A stretch of DNA of 64,000 bases from Octopus vulgaris (Eukaryota), in the NCBI GenBank assembly GCA_951406725.2, contig OX597821.1, forward strand, positions 15,996,001 to 16,060,000, in the 5' to 3' direction. A program made the position numbers and the translations under genes. Positions 24,917-39,063 of the stretch are shown one piece after another. Each line of letters starts with the position of its first letter. Positions within the stretch are counted from its first letter, which is position 1. The notes beneath the pieces were generated by a model. The model saw only the letters and a list, made by a program, of their open reading frames with translations, made no database searches and had not been told where the DNA came from.

Positions 24917-27900
24917 GTAAGTTTCAAAACTGCAAGTAGCATACGTATATCATTAGACACTATTCAATAGTCTAATAATTTTTCATTATTCTGTGTTCTT
25001 TAATATGTTCATTTTGCAAGAAGACATTTCGGCAAAATGTTTTGATACACGCACATTTTAATATAATATATGAAGCAAAATATAGAATTATATAAAAATC
25101 GTTTTAACAGCGGAACACGAGTTGGAGAAATTTGCAAATAATCTTTTGAGTACACATGTACAAGGCCGGAAATTTGGGGGCGGGTGTCTAGTTGATTACG
25201 ACGACGCTGTTCCTTGGCTGGAATTGTTAAATTAATACCTAAACGATAAAAGCTGACCTGGCCCAAATTAATCTCAGAACGTAAAGCCGGACGGAATGTT
25301 GAGAAATATATAATGTCATATAAAACTTGGATGAAAAAAGTCGAAGTTTGCCCGTGAAATCGCCCCCGAATATTCTACAATCTGACAGGCGTCATAGCAT
25401 TGTGCCAAGCAATCCTTTGTATGTAAAGTTGTTCTTTACCAGCATGTTGTGTAGGACATAACGGTTTAGAAACTTCGAGAAGCCAGAAATAATTTTCTTT
25501 TTCAACGTGGAATTTCAAGAACAGAAAGTTAAAGTTAATAACGTGTAAATATCAAATGCTCTTTTATGGGGAAAGTCGGAGGTTGGTGTGTAACTCGACC
25601 CACCCCATCTTGTGTAAACATGATAAGCGTTTTACCATCACACGAAGGCAATCCACCACATTTCTCCATCTTAAAAAGATTTATATTTTTTATACGAGGA
25701 ATTTTCAGAAACTGTGGCTCCGAGTCTAAGGGAAGTCTTCCATATTTTCCCTCCATAGATAGGTATTTTTAATTATTTTGAATATTTTTCTCTACCTTAC
25801 TGTCCACCGTTATAAGCAATTTATTTCTAGAAATATCTAAATTCTCATGATATTCTCTTCTATACATATGTGTGTGTGCGTGTGTGTCAATGTGTGTGCG
25901 TGTGTGTGTGTGCTAACGTACATGCGCTTGTGTTGCAACTTCGTATTAATTAGATGCAGAAAAAAGACTCGATTTCTTGTATTTGAACTAGATCTCTGGT
26001 ATTCGAAATCACTATATGTCCCGATCTGTGTGCAGAAGTTTTAATGATTGCAATTGTCTCCTGTCGAACAAGGTTTTGTGAGTGTGAATAAAAAGATGCG
26101 ATTCAGAAAATGGACTGTGCAGAAACTTTAAGTAATCAGTCCTAAACCACAATGTCACACTGAAACTTCCTGTGTAATATATTTCGTCAGAAATGCAAAC
26201 CGAAGAATCTGGTCTTTAGAATAAAATGAAAGGCGTGTTTAGGTCTATAGATAAAATAAGTGGAATATTCTTCGATGAAACTCGGATCTTCCATTTGAAA
26301 GCATTTAAAAACCCCAACCATAATTACTAGGAATCGACTGAGACATATACTTAAAATAAATCGGAATCCAGTTGGAATAAAATGGCAACTAAAGACATGA
26401 GAGTGGATATGTACATATATACATGTTATTTTTTTCATTCATATATCTTCAAAGTAATATGTGCATATTTCGATATAATGTTTTGTTGAAGATGCTTATG
26501 AAATCTATTTAATGTATGTCCATTTTTAGTGTCGGTTCATAACCACAGTGTTACATAAATGGACCCGCTGACCTAGAAGATAATTTAACATTGATTATCA
26601 TTATCTCGCTACAGCATTTTGGATTCCTACCAACACATGATGCTGGGAAAGACGGACTTTCAATATTCTACGTAAATATTCAACATACACACACAAAAGC
26701 ACATTATATGAATGTGTGTATGTATATATGTTTCGTATCCATATATGCGTTTGGTCTTGCTCGGCGGGAACTATTTTCGTTTCTGGCACGCACAGTATTC
26801 TTTGACAAAATGTCTAATTTTGATTTACTGCGATTAAATTAGCGGTGACCTTTTCACTATTGAGCTAGACTGAAGAAAAGTGAGAAAGAATGTGAGAAAG
26901 ACAGAATGATGAATAAATGTACAGGATATGTGGAAGTAAGGTGGCAGAGGAATAGCAAAACACGGGCAGTAACAGATAGGAAGAATAGTCGAGAGTGGTA
27001 AAAATAGAAGGGGCACATGAAAGTGCGAATAAGAGAGACAGAGAAAAATGTGTGCATGACAGAGCATTAAAGAGAAAGAGTGATGTTTGTATTAGAAAGA
27101 TATACGGCATGTCAGTTCTGAAGAGAAAGATAGATAGATAGAGAGAGAAGTAATTGGTTGTTAACGATTGATGTAGAGAAATGATAGAAGAAAAAGAACT
27201 TTGTGAGTTGTGACAATAGGAACACAACAAGGAAATTCACCAAATATTTTAATATTTTATAAATGTTAAAGTTGTCGTTAAACAATATACTGACATTCAA
27301 TTTTCAACTAAAATTTTATACGTTTTTTTTTTTACATTAATCTCCTGCAATGCCCCCTCCTGATGTGTTTAGTACGTTGTATAATGTAGAATATGGAAAA
27401 GCTGGTTGAGATTATTGTACACGAATTTTTATACATTTGTCCTTAAATCAACAAACGTGCTCTAACAGTCATATGTAAAGCACTATGTACACCTGTTTCA
27501 TAACTATTGCATTTAAACTTTTAACCCGATTCTGCAGCTTTAGCAAAACGATAGACTAGAGATGTTTCATAAATTTGTAATTAACATTTTTTCAAACTTA
27601 TTTTGCAAATTGCATTATATTCAGTAAGGAAAATTAAATGGCTGTCGAACTACTGTTGCAATTTAGCATTCTATAGATGTTTTAAACGCACGTTTAAAAT
27701 GATTATTTTACCTTGCCTTACAAGTAGCCAATTAGAATCTTACTTACGCCCAAGTTATCACAATAACTCAAGTTTGTAGAATATTGACTAGATATGAATA
27801 ATATTGAACTAAATTAAAACAATCTTTATTTGTTATTCAATAAAAAAATTTGGAACTGCACGAAGGTTTAGGGATGGTATTGAGCTTCATAGTAAGAGCA

Positions 27901-28774
27901 AAATATTTAAACGCATTCTCCTGTGTGTATGAACCAAAAGAAATTTAATTCTTATATAATGAGTACATGACAGTTGAAGATGTAAGCATTTAGACGCTGT
28001 AAAACTGTCTTTTTTTATAGGAAGTAGTATTTATTGTCAGTTTATAGTCAGCGTAAATGACAGTACCAGCATTGCAAGAAAAACCAGAGTCAAAACGACT
28101 CAAAATCCATATTTCTCACTAATACACACTAGTGAATTCGGGGAAACGAGTAAATAACCAGCTTACCAATGGCGAGAAAAAACCTCGAATTAATTTGCAG
28201 ACGTACTCATATCATATAATTTCGTACCTTGTGGTAAAAACTTAGTCCACTTCAATTATTAGTATCACAACCGAGGGCTAAAGATACTCGCGTCACATGT
28301 GTGTATTGACCATTTCAATGCCACGGCCAATTCAAGAGTGATTGAAGTGAATAAGATTATAAAAATACTTAAATATATTATTATTAATAAGTGGCCAGCA
28401 AACATAAAATAACCGTAAAGGTAAAATTATCAATTTATAATCAGGGTTGAAGATAGTACCAGATTTGATAGAAATACCAATCAGAACGACTCAGAAACCA
28501 CAGTTATCACTAATACACAATAGGGACTTAGAGGAAACGAGTAAATAGCCAACTCACCAAGATTGAGTAAAAATCGCAAATGTTAATACAATCTTTAACC
28601 GTGGTTATAAATTAGTAATTTTACCATTATGTTTTATTTTAAGTTTGCTAGCCACTTATAGTATTAATATTTATTAATAATATCCTTAAGTGCTTTTATA
28701 ATTTGATTCACTTCGATCATATTGAATGGTCAATTCACACAAGGTGAGACGAGAAACTTAGCGCTCGGTAGCGA

Positions 28775-28832
28775 TGCTCACTGAAGAGAACCAAGTGTTT
28801 CTCACAGGGTTCGAAATCACGTGATATGTGTA
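28775..28832 (+). ncRNA. Type I hammerhead ribozyme motif with canonical core
   Basis: tgctca-CTGAAGA-GAACC..GGTTC-GAAA-TCACGTGA-TA-tgtgta; 5-bp stem II base, palindromic stem III, stem I with one mismatch. Confidence 0.7.
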
Positions 28833-29250
28833 CATCTGAGAATTCATTTGGGATTTTTTTTTTACATACTATTGGTAAGTAGGTTATTATTATATATATA
28901 TATATATATATATACATAGTATCAATTGATAGTAGGGGATAGATTTGTTGTTAGTATTTTATTAGCTACAATAGTTGTACACACAAATCTAATTGTATGT
29001 ATTTGTCTAAATATGTCAGCTTGTTAAATTTTCAGTAGTATTGTGGCTTACTTGACAATTTTTCGACTCTTATTTCTAGCAACTTTAATTATAGTTATAT
29101 AAGTATACATCTTTTGTTTTTATACGCGCTACCTAATTATATTATATTTTTTTTATTAATAATAAAATCTTTATTTATGTATGGCTCTAGTCTTGCAACG
29201 ATTGTAACAAGCATGACGAAGCTGGTATCAATTAAACCCCAAACACTGAG

Positions 29251-29307
29251 ACCTACTGAAAAGAACTACGAGTAACATCTCAGATTTCGAAACCACGTTA
29301 TGTAGGT
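29251..29307 (+). ncRNA. Degenerate hammerhead motif, paralog of 28775-28832
   Basis: accta-CTGAAAA-GAA..TTC-GAAA-ccacgtta-tg-taggt; G8 and cleavage triplet mutated. Confidence 0.45.
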
Positions 29308-29525
29308 ATATCTGCAAATTCATTTGCATCTTTCCCCCACGGTGGCTATTTACTCGCTCTCCAATCTCATTAGCCTGTTAAATTTTCAGTGATATTGTGG
29401 CTTATTTGAGCATGTTCTACTCTTATTTCTATCAATGCTAGTACTATCCTCTACCCTTAATTATAAATTTATAAATGTTTCCATTTTGGTCTTTATGCCT
29501 CCTCGTTACTTATATTCTCCCTTTC

Positions 29526-29903
29526 TCTTTTTTACTTGTTTCAGTCATTTGACTGCGGCCATGCTGGAGCACCGCCTTTAATCGAGCAACTCGACCCCAG
29601 GACTTATTCTTTTGTAAGCCCAGTACTTATTCTATCGGTCTCTTTTGCCGAACCGCTAAGTAACGGGGACATAAACACACCAGCATCGGTTGTCAAGCAA
29701 TGCTAGGGGGACAAACACACAAACACACACACATACATATATACATATATACGACGGGCTTCTTTCAGTTTCCGTCTACCAAATCCACTCACAAGGCTTT
29801 GGTCGCCCCGAGGCTATAGTAGAAGACACTTGCCCAAGGTGCCACGCAGTGGGACTGAACCCGGAACCATGTGGTTGGTAGGCAAGCTACTTACCACACA
29901 GCC
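29526..29903 (-). mobile_element. tRNA-derived SINE family 1, slightly 5'-truncated
   Basis: Reverse-complement match to 22693-23084. Confidence 0.92.
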
Positions 29904-30099
29904 TGATTATTTATGAATAATTTCCTTGTGTGTATGTGTGTGTGTAAATATTTTTCCGCTTTGTATGGATATCTTATCCAGTCTCTGCTGTTCTATCAAC
30001 GTTTATGCGCTTGAAAATGAATTATCATCTTATTTGTGTCTCGCAAGGCACATTTCAACGCTTCTAAAATAAACATTAGTGCGTTTACATTTATCGTAA

Positions 30100-30474
30100 T
30101 CTCTCTATATATAAACGGCAGTTTGTCTGTGTGTGTGTCTGTTAGGTTGTACCCTCACCCTGACCACGGCTTTCAACCGATTCTGATGAACATGATACAC
30201 ACATAGCCCAATGTCATAATTCAACTAACGCAGCGAAAATTTTGAAAAGTTCCCCCAGTTCTGAAAAAAAATCGATAAATTCGACATGGGGTCGAGAATC
30301 AGAAACACAAACCACAGACTGTCTAGAGGATGCAACTCCACCTTTTTTAACTCTCAAAAAAATTTACCATAATTTTGTTTCAATTTTTTTTGCTATTATT
30401 GGGCTATAACTTTCTAAAAATGCTTTATAGTTATTTCCCTTACAAACCCGAGCAACGCCGGGTGATACTGCTAG
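30100..30474 (+). mobile_element. Non-autonomous Helitron
   Basis: A|TC..tatatataaa 5' end; subterminal hairpin CCCG-agcaacg-CCGGG (30447-30462); CTAG|T 3' end; no TSD. Confidence 0.8.
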
Positions 30475-30579
30475 TATACATATAAAACAGAAATATTAGT
30501 CAGGATTTATCAATACGGTCAAGATATTTTATATGCTACAACCATAGTTGTATTCCATTTCTACTTGTTTTTTGCATAG

Positions 30580-30599
30580 AGTGATATAGAAAACAAGGC
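30580..30599 (+). other. Candidate 20-nt microexon (18 nt if the next AG is used)
   Basis: ttccatttctacttgttttttgcaTAG|AGTGATATAGAAAACAAGGC|GTAAGT. Confidence 0.35.
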
Positions 30600-33149
30600 G
30601 TAAGTGATGGTCATAACATATCTTTCTTTTCTGAAATAAATTACTACTGTTTTCAATAGTCCTTAGAGATTCGGCGGGGTGGTCATATGAGAAAAGTTGA
30701 CCGATCAAAAAAACTAATACTGTAAGTTAAATTCATTACAAAGAAGAAAAATATCCAATGTCGATTACTTATCCCTCTTTTTGTATATAACTGTGTGTAT
30801 ATATACATTATATATGTGTGTGTGTGTGTGTATGTGTGAGTGTGTACGTAGTGTGTGTTTCACACACACACATATATTGCAATAAATTTCTGAAACTGAT
30901 TGCAATATTTTTTCGTATAGCAAAGAATTCCCTCAGATCAATGAATCGGGTATTTTCAAAATATTTGATGATGTCTGCAGAATACATCCTAGTTAAGCTC
31001 AAAAGAGAAATTACAACTGCAAAAGAAAAGAAAAATTGACAAAATTCGCAGGAAATCCTGCGCATACCAAGATGAATCTGTCTCTAACTTTGTGTTTGAT
31101 GTTCCATAGTTGTTTTGAAATTAGCATCAGGTTTTAGACTATAGATTTATTTCCTGTTTGCGTGTCACATTTATATAGTAACATGTCTTGAAGACGTAAT
31201 CATATGAAGAAGATGAAATGAAAATATTGCTACTTACGTCATGTGATGTTCAAAAGGAAAATGTTTCACTCTAAAACTTACCTGCAAAAACATAAAATAG
31301 TACAAACCGTTATTAAATTGCTAATGATATGGACGAAATATTTCAAGCTCCTACATGAATAACCAAAATATTTACTTAATTAATAAAGATTTCTTTAATG
31401 TTTAGAGTTTTAAGAACATATGCCATTTCATGCTTGCGCAGAATATGCGTCGTATATGCAAAATCGTAACCGAGTCTCGGAAAGAAATATAGTCATAAAA
31501 TTAAATCTCATTATAAAGGTGATTGATTATAAGTCTTTTCGATTAACAATTATATCAAATTCATTATTAGTTAACTCAAACATAAAGGTTTTTAAACCAC
31601 AGAGGAAAGTGTTAATTCAAAATTTTGTGAGACATTAAAGAAATTTAACTTTGTGCATTGGTATCTTATATTATCTGACTGCTTTGATTAGGTTTAAAAT
31701 TCAAATATGTATTCGCTATTCAAATCTAGGTTAGCAAGAATCAGTTGTTTAATTTCATAAAATATCGTTATGTAAAATATTAGATAATGAAATTAAATTC
31801 GTGATGGCAGCATACAAATTTAATGTGTTAGTTAGTTAGAGACAATTAAATTTGCATTTAGATTTAGCCTATAGGCTAAAATATAAAACTATTTTGTCCT
31901 TTTTATTCTTTAAGATTTAAGCAAACATTTTTATTTGTGGAATCTAAATATTTGAATGAAGAAATATTTTACATAATCGACGTGCTTTTAGGGGCTATGT
32001 GACACATAAACAAATGCTAAATCTGGTTGTCCTTTCCACCAGGCTAAATCAAATTCGATCGATACATGTATTGACAAAGTAATATTTAGGAACCTCATAA
32101 TATAATTCCTAAATTTCATATCCGATTTATGCATAAATGGAACGTAAATAGAAACATATTTCTGAAATCGATCTTGCTTAATTTATGTCTTTTCAAGTTT
32201 TCAAGAGGTTAGTACATTAAAGCGATCTTCAATTTGGCACTTTCTCCAAATTTAAAGCTATATAATGTACGCGCCTATATAGCAAAGAGCACACTTTTAT
32301 TTCAGTTCCGTCTATAATACATATATATTATATGTATACGCCAATACATATACGTGTGTGTGTGTGCATATGCATATAAACACGCGCGTCCACACACACA
32401 CAACACACACTTATATTGTCTAGCTTCCATATTGCCTGAATTACTCCAAACTTAGACCAGGTTGTGACGTTTGCCCAAAATTTAGCTATGTATGATCAAC
32501 TGAAAGTACCAAGCATATATTAGGTGCAATTATGAAGTAACATTGTTATATAGGTAATCACTATTTTTTATTCAATATCATTTAATTCAGTAAATTTCTT
32601 TCTTACCGATAATTTCCAAACATATTTAGATACCAACTCTTTCACGTCCCATGAAATACTTTAGATATATTACAAAAGAAAACAAAAAACTACGAACGTT
32701 TTTACGTATGAACATGTAGAGAAATTATCCAATAGCATATCGATATTCATACCAGTTATGTTGGTTTCAAATGCAAAAATGTTCTAACCAGAAGACAGGT
32801 TGCAAGGAGATGACATTAAGCTTAAGCTGTAAGTATTTTTGGAAAAGCTTGGCTTACTCTAGGTATATTAATCATAAAAATCATACTGTTTCCTAAGGTA
32901 AGATGCAGATTCTGCGACGGGATCAGACAGCTAAATACACTTTGGTAGTTGATCTTTACTTACATTATCGACTATGTAATGTCTCTGCATATTGTCAGGC
33001 TCATGAAAACAGAACCGAATCGAAGCGAATAGAACTGAATAACGCAATGTGTTTTATTTCTAACTCAACGTATCATAAAACATATAGGATAACGAAAATG
33101 TCTCTTTTGAAACTGCTATTATCAGTTAAAATAATATGAAACCCTAGGG

Positions 33150-34400
33150 AATAATTGGCCAACGAAGTCTTTGCACAAATACCACCAATCCAACATTACC
33201 AAGCACCAGGAGAGACACGTAGGTATTATGGAGGAGTAAATTTTAGTATGTATAAATAGAAATAACAAATAAAGTTAACCCCTCATAAATAAAATGAACC
33301 ACCGCAAACGATGAAAGTAGAATGAACTAAATCATGGCACAAGAAGAAAATTCATATAAAAATTTCGGAATGAAAAATGAAGAAAAATATTCATTGCTGA
33401 TGAGCGTGCATTTTGCAAGCAAAAATCCACCAGCTTAAGATAAAACAAAAAGTCTTTTAAAATAGACTACAATCAATATCATGGGCAAAATCTAAATAGG
33501 ATACTATGGAAATAGAAAATCAAAACTTCTCCATTAAAACGGAAATAGACTCAGTAAACGCAAACAATTTAATAAACTTTACAAAAAATATGTAGCTAAC
33601 AACGAGTAACAATTAATCGAAACATTAAAGTAGGAAGAAGAAATGATTACAACAAACTCAATTTGCATGAGGTGAAACACTTTTAATGCTACAACGAATT
33701 AGGTAATAACAGCCAAATGAAAGCGTGCACACCTCTATATTGTTTCCAGAGAAGTACACTTTAATATCAGTAGAATAGATAACATAATCATGTGTAACTG
33801 CTTTGAATTCTATTGTAATAATTCTCCCTTTAGTAAAGTTCTCTAAATAGTTTTCAAAAAGAGTATACAATACAAAATCGACGATAAAGTTAAAAGAAAC
33901 CCTATCTCTACTCAGCTAAATGATAAGGTTGTGTGTCTAATATACAATAGAAAACAAATAAAGTAACTTTTAGGGAAATAGAGCATCATCAACAGACAGA
34001 GGATTTGAATGAAAAAAGGAAATTGACTTGTATGGTAAAATCACGAAAACGTGAGCGTTTCATCTTTCATATTCATTTATTTGAAACAAATACGAAATCT
34101 TCTACTATGAAAGTAATAATAAATGAGCACCTCATTTAAGAGATTACACAAACAAACTATATTCCAGTGACATTCAGAGAAAATATTGGGATAAAGTACA
34201 ACAAATATTGTGCGACAAGAAGTGAAATGAAATATACATAAACGCTACAGATACGGTTCAGTACTTAAGGTACAAATTTACTGGTGCATTCAAGATTGAT
34301 ACCAAGTGAAATACTATGTAAATTAAGACCTGTTATAAATTAAATAGATTAGTATCAACATTTACTGGAGCATAAAACAATATTTCTTTTTTAAGATAAA
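33150..34400 (+). pseudogene. Possible highly decayed retroelement RT (Penelope-like)
   Basis: A-rich strand with faint colinear motif remnants (NPISTQL at ~33897, DLYGK at ~34025); many stops and frameshifts. Confidence 0.25.
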
Positions 34401-34950
34401 AAATAAATCGCATTAGACCCCCCCCCCCATGTTGATGGCTTTTATGGAAAATAGAAATAGTTCTTTCAACAGAGAATATAAGGAAGCTAGAGAGATGTAT
34501 ACAACAGATTCAACTTTCGAGAGACATATTGCGACACTACAGCAATACTTCTATTGCAGATAATTCTCAGACGAGTGTTTTATTTATATCTTTGAACCCA
34601 GCACTAGAATGATGCTTTAATTTGTCGGATTCGGATAGATGAACAACGTAGTTGACCTTAGCGTGACTTGAACTCAGAAATTAAAGATTTGGAATGAATA
34701 CTCAAAAGCGTTCTTTCGACGTTCTCCAGTGATGAACGGTACTTTATTTTATCGTCCACGACCGAATCAACTCTAATGTTGAACTCGAGTAAATTTTATC
34801 TCGAAACGTAAAGATCTAGGGCAAACACAACAACGCATTTCTTCCGATGATCTGTGTATCGATTCTGCCAGTTCCACGCGATAACAGGATGATACCACCA
34901 CCGCTACTACTACTATTACCACCACCACCACCACCACTACTAATATTTAA

Positions 34951-34958
34951 TATTATTA

Positions 34959-35005
<47 letters not shown>
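34951..35005. repeat. (ATT)n microsatellite
   Basis: Direct inspection. Confidence 0.95.
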
Positions 35006-35007
<2 letters not shown>

Positions 35008-35108
35008 TACTAATATAATTTTGCAGTCCTAATTAGAAATCTTGTGGGGCCGAGAAAACTCAGAACGATAAAGATAATTTTGTTTATAATATGACGAACA
35101 TTATAATG

Positions 35109-35298
35109 TGGCGAGCTGGTATAAGCGTTATCGGTATCGCGTGTATTTACGTTCTGAGTTCAAATTCCACCGAGGTCGACATCGCCTTCCACACTTTCGT
35201 GGTTTATAAATTTGGTACCCGTTGCGTACTGAGGCCGATTTAATCGACTAGCCCCCTACCCCAAAAGTTCAGGCGTTATATGGTCAACGTAGAAAGTA
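35109..35298 (+). mobile_element. SINE family 2, diverged
   Basis: ggcgagctgg head; cgttctgagttcaaattccaccgaggtcgac. Confidence 0.7.
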
Positions 35299-35579
35299 CA
35301 TGTCTCAATAAAATGAGCGGTGGTGATAAGAGAATGCCTTAATCTACTCAGGATTGCTACCTTCTTCTCTAGAAACAATATTGGTAATGACGTCAGGCTA
35401 TGAGTCGGCAATGGTGTATAGTAAAGCTGAATCAGCTACAGATAAAATAATATATAAATAATCATTGGAACCGTTTTACATCACAATTTAAAGGAAAGAG
35501 CTAACTGCAACGCGCCACCGAATGTTTTAAACACCTCAATCCCCGCACCGTATACACACAAATGGCATTCTTGCTTCAC

Positions 35580-35751
35580 TTATTTGATTACGACTGGAGC
35601 ACTTGAAGTGTTTTATAGTTTTAAAAAATCGCCCCCAGGACTTATTTAATCCTAGTAATTATTCTTTCAGCTTATTTTTCCCGTACCTCGAAGTTACGAG
35701 GACGTAAACGCACCATCAATTATCAAGCGGTGACAAACAGGTTCACAAAAG

Positions 35752-35794
<43 letters not shown>

Positions 35795-35955
35795 GGCGGA
35801 CTTCTTTTTATTCCAGTCCACCCAATCCACTCATAAGACATTAGTCAGCCCGACGTTATAATAGAAGACACCAGATGAAGATGTCATGCAGTGGGATCGA
35901 ATCTTAAACCATATGGTCGGCATGCAAACTTCTTACGACAGAGACACGCTTGCGA
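35580..35955 (-). mobile_element. SINE family 1, strongly diverged
   Basis: ctggagcac, ccccaggacttatt, caaatccactca, agaagacac, gcagtggga blocks in family 1 order. Confidence 0.65.
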
Positions 35956-35989
35956 TTAAATATATGTATATCAGTCGTTAAGTTTAGTG

Positions 35990-36500
35990 CTTCTGTGGCT
36001 TTTGAGTTATTTAAATCTTATTTTTAGCAAAGGTCTTATTTTAAATTTTATTTTCAATCTTGTTTTTAGCAAAGTGGTGCTAGTCAATAGCCTCTGTCAA
36101 TTATGTGACAGCTATTGATTTTGCATTTAGATTCAAATTGCTAATAATCATCCTTTTTATTTTGTCGTTCACACTTTTACCGTTTTGAAAATCAGGACAT
36201 TTTTTCATCGTTTTTTCTTATAAGACTGACAGAGGTAATTGAGTTTAACCCTAGTCGTGAAAAGTTGGTGATGAGGATTAAGATGGGCTACATCAAAATA
36301 CGAAATAACGATCCGGCTATGTAAGTTGGGGACTTACCTCCCTTCGTCCGTCATTAAATTCAATACTTTTGTGGCTTTTGAGTTATTTTAACTCTTATCT
36401 TTAGCAAAAGAGGTACTAGTTATTACCCTGTCACTCTAGTGACCTCTATTCGGAATTTAGGTTCTAACTGCTTATAAGCCCCACTTTTAAATTTGTTATA
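35990..36500. repeat. Diverged direct repeat (~35992-36160 / ~36369-36500)
   Basis: tgtggcttttgagttattt..tcttat.tttagcaaa starts both units. Confidence 0.6.
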
Positions 36501-36571
36501 CACACACACATCTATATATATACATATATATTATGTATATATATTATATTATACACACACACACACATATA

Positions 36572-36920
36572 CAAGGGTAATTCAAAGTCGCCATACATAG
36601 GATCAGTTTATAAGACCATTTTCTTTTTATTTAACAGGCTGTAAATGGTGACCATTGTATCGAATACACATTGCAATACGTTTACCCCATTCATTGTGAA
36701 CTCGTAATCGCACATCTGGTGATACGTGTGCAAATGAGTTTGTGATCTGTTCCTTCATATGTTTTATATTTCTCATCATTCCGCGATACACCATGCCTTT
36801 CAAATGCCCCTAAAGATAGAAATCAAGATGGGTCAGATCAGGGAATCTAGGGGATCTTATAAAATGTTTCTTATAAGAAAATTAATTTTACCTATCTATG
36901 GAGACATTTGAATCACCTTG
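36572..36920 (-). mobile_element. Internally deleted IS630-Tc1-mariner element
   Basis: TA-flanked imperfect TIRs caagggtaattcaaagtcgccata / tatggagacatttgaatcaccttg; minus strand encodes PRFPDLTHLDFYL*GHLKGMVY (SPDLxPLDF.LWG.LK motif). Confidence 0.8.
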
Positions 36921-37869
36921 TATAGACAGACAGACAGACAGATAGACTTATATAGATATATATTGTAGACCGTATTTTACGATATTCAACTCGACAACTA
37001 GCACACAATATATCTTTGGTAGAGAGCTGAAAGTAGATATGTGTATAGATAAACATATCGTCAGACATGAAACAATGTTACTCCCAAGTCTAAATTCCTG
37101 CATTTATTCCTAAGAATAATTTTAGTCAATGCTTATTAATTCATATAAAGAGTAATTAAGAAATTACATAAATGGCAGAAACATAAAAATCTCAATACCA
37201 AAATGAGAATATTATGTTGAATTCTTCTCCTTTATAACAATTTCTCTTTTAATGAACAGGAACATGCTAGATGATCTGAAAATTTAACAAACAGAGAACA
37301 GATAACTCTTGTTAAAAATCAAAATCGATGATTTACACATCTCTCAATCGATATTTGACGTGGTGCACTGTGGAATTCAATAAAAGGAATTGAAAAAATG
37401 AGATGAAATATCTTACTGATTCGGAATGCGTTTTTAGGGACTATTATTGAGCAGCTATTTGACAATTCGCCTGTCATCGGCTCTGTTCTGCTATTTAATC
37501 TTCTATCAATAAGGTTAATAAGAGATGATTCTGTTATTGTCATTATACAACGTCGAATAGAATTTATAAAGCTTTTTATAGATAACTGATAAGCGCATGA
37601 AAATGACTCAACCTAAAAATGGTACGAAATTATTTATTATTAAATTCATTATTTGTATATTTAATACACGTATACTATTAGCAATTTATTTCCTTGTGAA
37701 TGAAAGTATAACACTTATAATGCAATTAGTAAATTCATACCTATCCATATATACACTCAGATGTGCACGTGCACACACATATGTATATATATATATATAT
37801 AAATCTATGGATGAATGTATGTGTGTCTCAGTGTGCGTATGTGTATTCATATGCAGAAAAAATATCAAG

Positions 37870-37900
<31 letters not shown>

Positions 37901-38993
37901 GTATTTATAAAGAGAATGAGGTTGATACGTAAGTACTGGTATACATATTAATATTAAGACTAAATATAACACTACGTTTGTTCTTCCAAGTGACTAATAA
38001 TATTAGGTGTATCATTCAAAGGGATATTCTCGTTGTGCAACATATTGTCAACACGGCAATATTTTGCTTTTGCCAAGTCCTAAACCAAATGAAAGCAATG
38101 AAGCAAAATAGCTGAGATGGATCAAAATATGCTTATCACCAAGAAACAAATTACTGAGAGACAACTTCACACCTCTTATTAACACCTCTTATGAAATTCA
38201 ATGTTTATTTCGATCCAATGACCTTCGACTTTAGCTAACTTTACGTATGTACTGGAATAAATGTAGGTTGCTGCATGGTAACCACGTGCGCACAAGCATG
38301 TATGACATTGCTCATATGCAGGAAATAATGAAATACGCAATTCTGTCTCTTCTCTTCTACTCTTCGCTTTTCTGATATATACATGCATAAAAAGCGAAAA
38401 GACAGGATATGTAGGGCGAGTAATAGCAATGACAGACTAGAAAAATCGATAGAAAAATAGAGCAAACGATACTCATGACGATGTTGTTTACATATTCTTC
38501 GTTAGAATAAATCTGTTTTCTTTTGATTATATATATTCACGCAATGTAATGAAAAAATATTTCTTTGAGATAATCTTCTGTTTCTACAAATCAACCTCCC
38601 ACCCTATCTTAAAGAATTAAAATGAATGCAGACTAGATTTATTTCAAAGCTTTTCTTACCGAGATTAAGCATTATTTCCGTGACCACCTGTTGGCAGATT
38701 TAAGAAGAATATCAACAAAAGTTTTAAGATTTCGTCAGGACAGATTATGCGGAAGACATAAAATGGGATTGACATACAATCTAACGGACAAACATTCCGG
38801 GCATTGCGTTCATTTAAATAAAGTTCCACTAAAAACAGTATTTGATAAATGGAAAGTAGTGTTCAGTGGAGTAAAATTTGTGCCTGGAGAAAGGAATTTG
38901 ATTGCCAAATTAACTTAATGACGAAAATACTCATATAAATGCTCTCGAAGCTCGAATAATATAGTAGATATGTTTCTTGAGTAGTTAACATGA

Positions 38994-39049
<56 letters not shown>

Positions 39050-39063
39050 TGTATGAATACACA

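Larger units (their letters stand above)
28060..29510. mobile_element. Old, rearranged Penelope-like pLTR cluster (direct and inverted diverged repeats)
   Basis: Direct repeats ~28062-28170 / ~28455-28560; inverted repeat ~28270-28445 / ~28598-28770; hammerhead motifs at 28775 and 29251. Confidence 0.55.
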
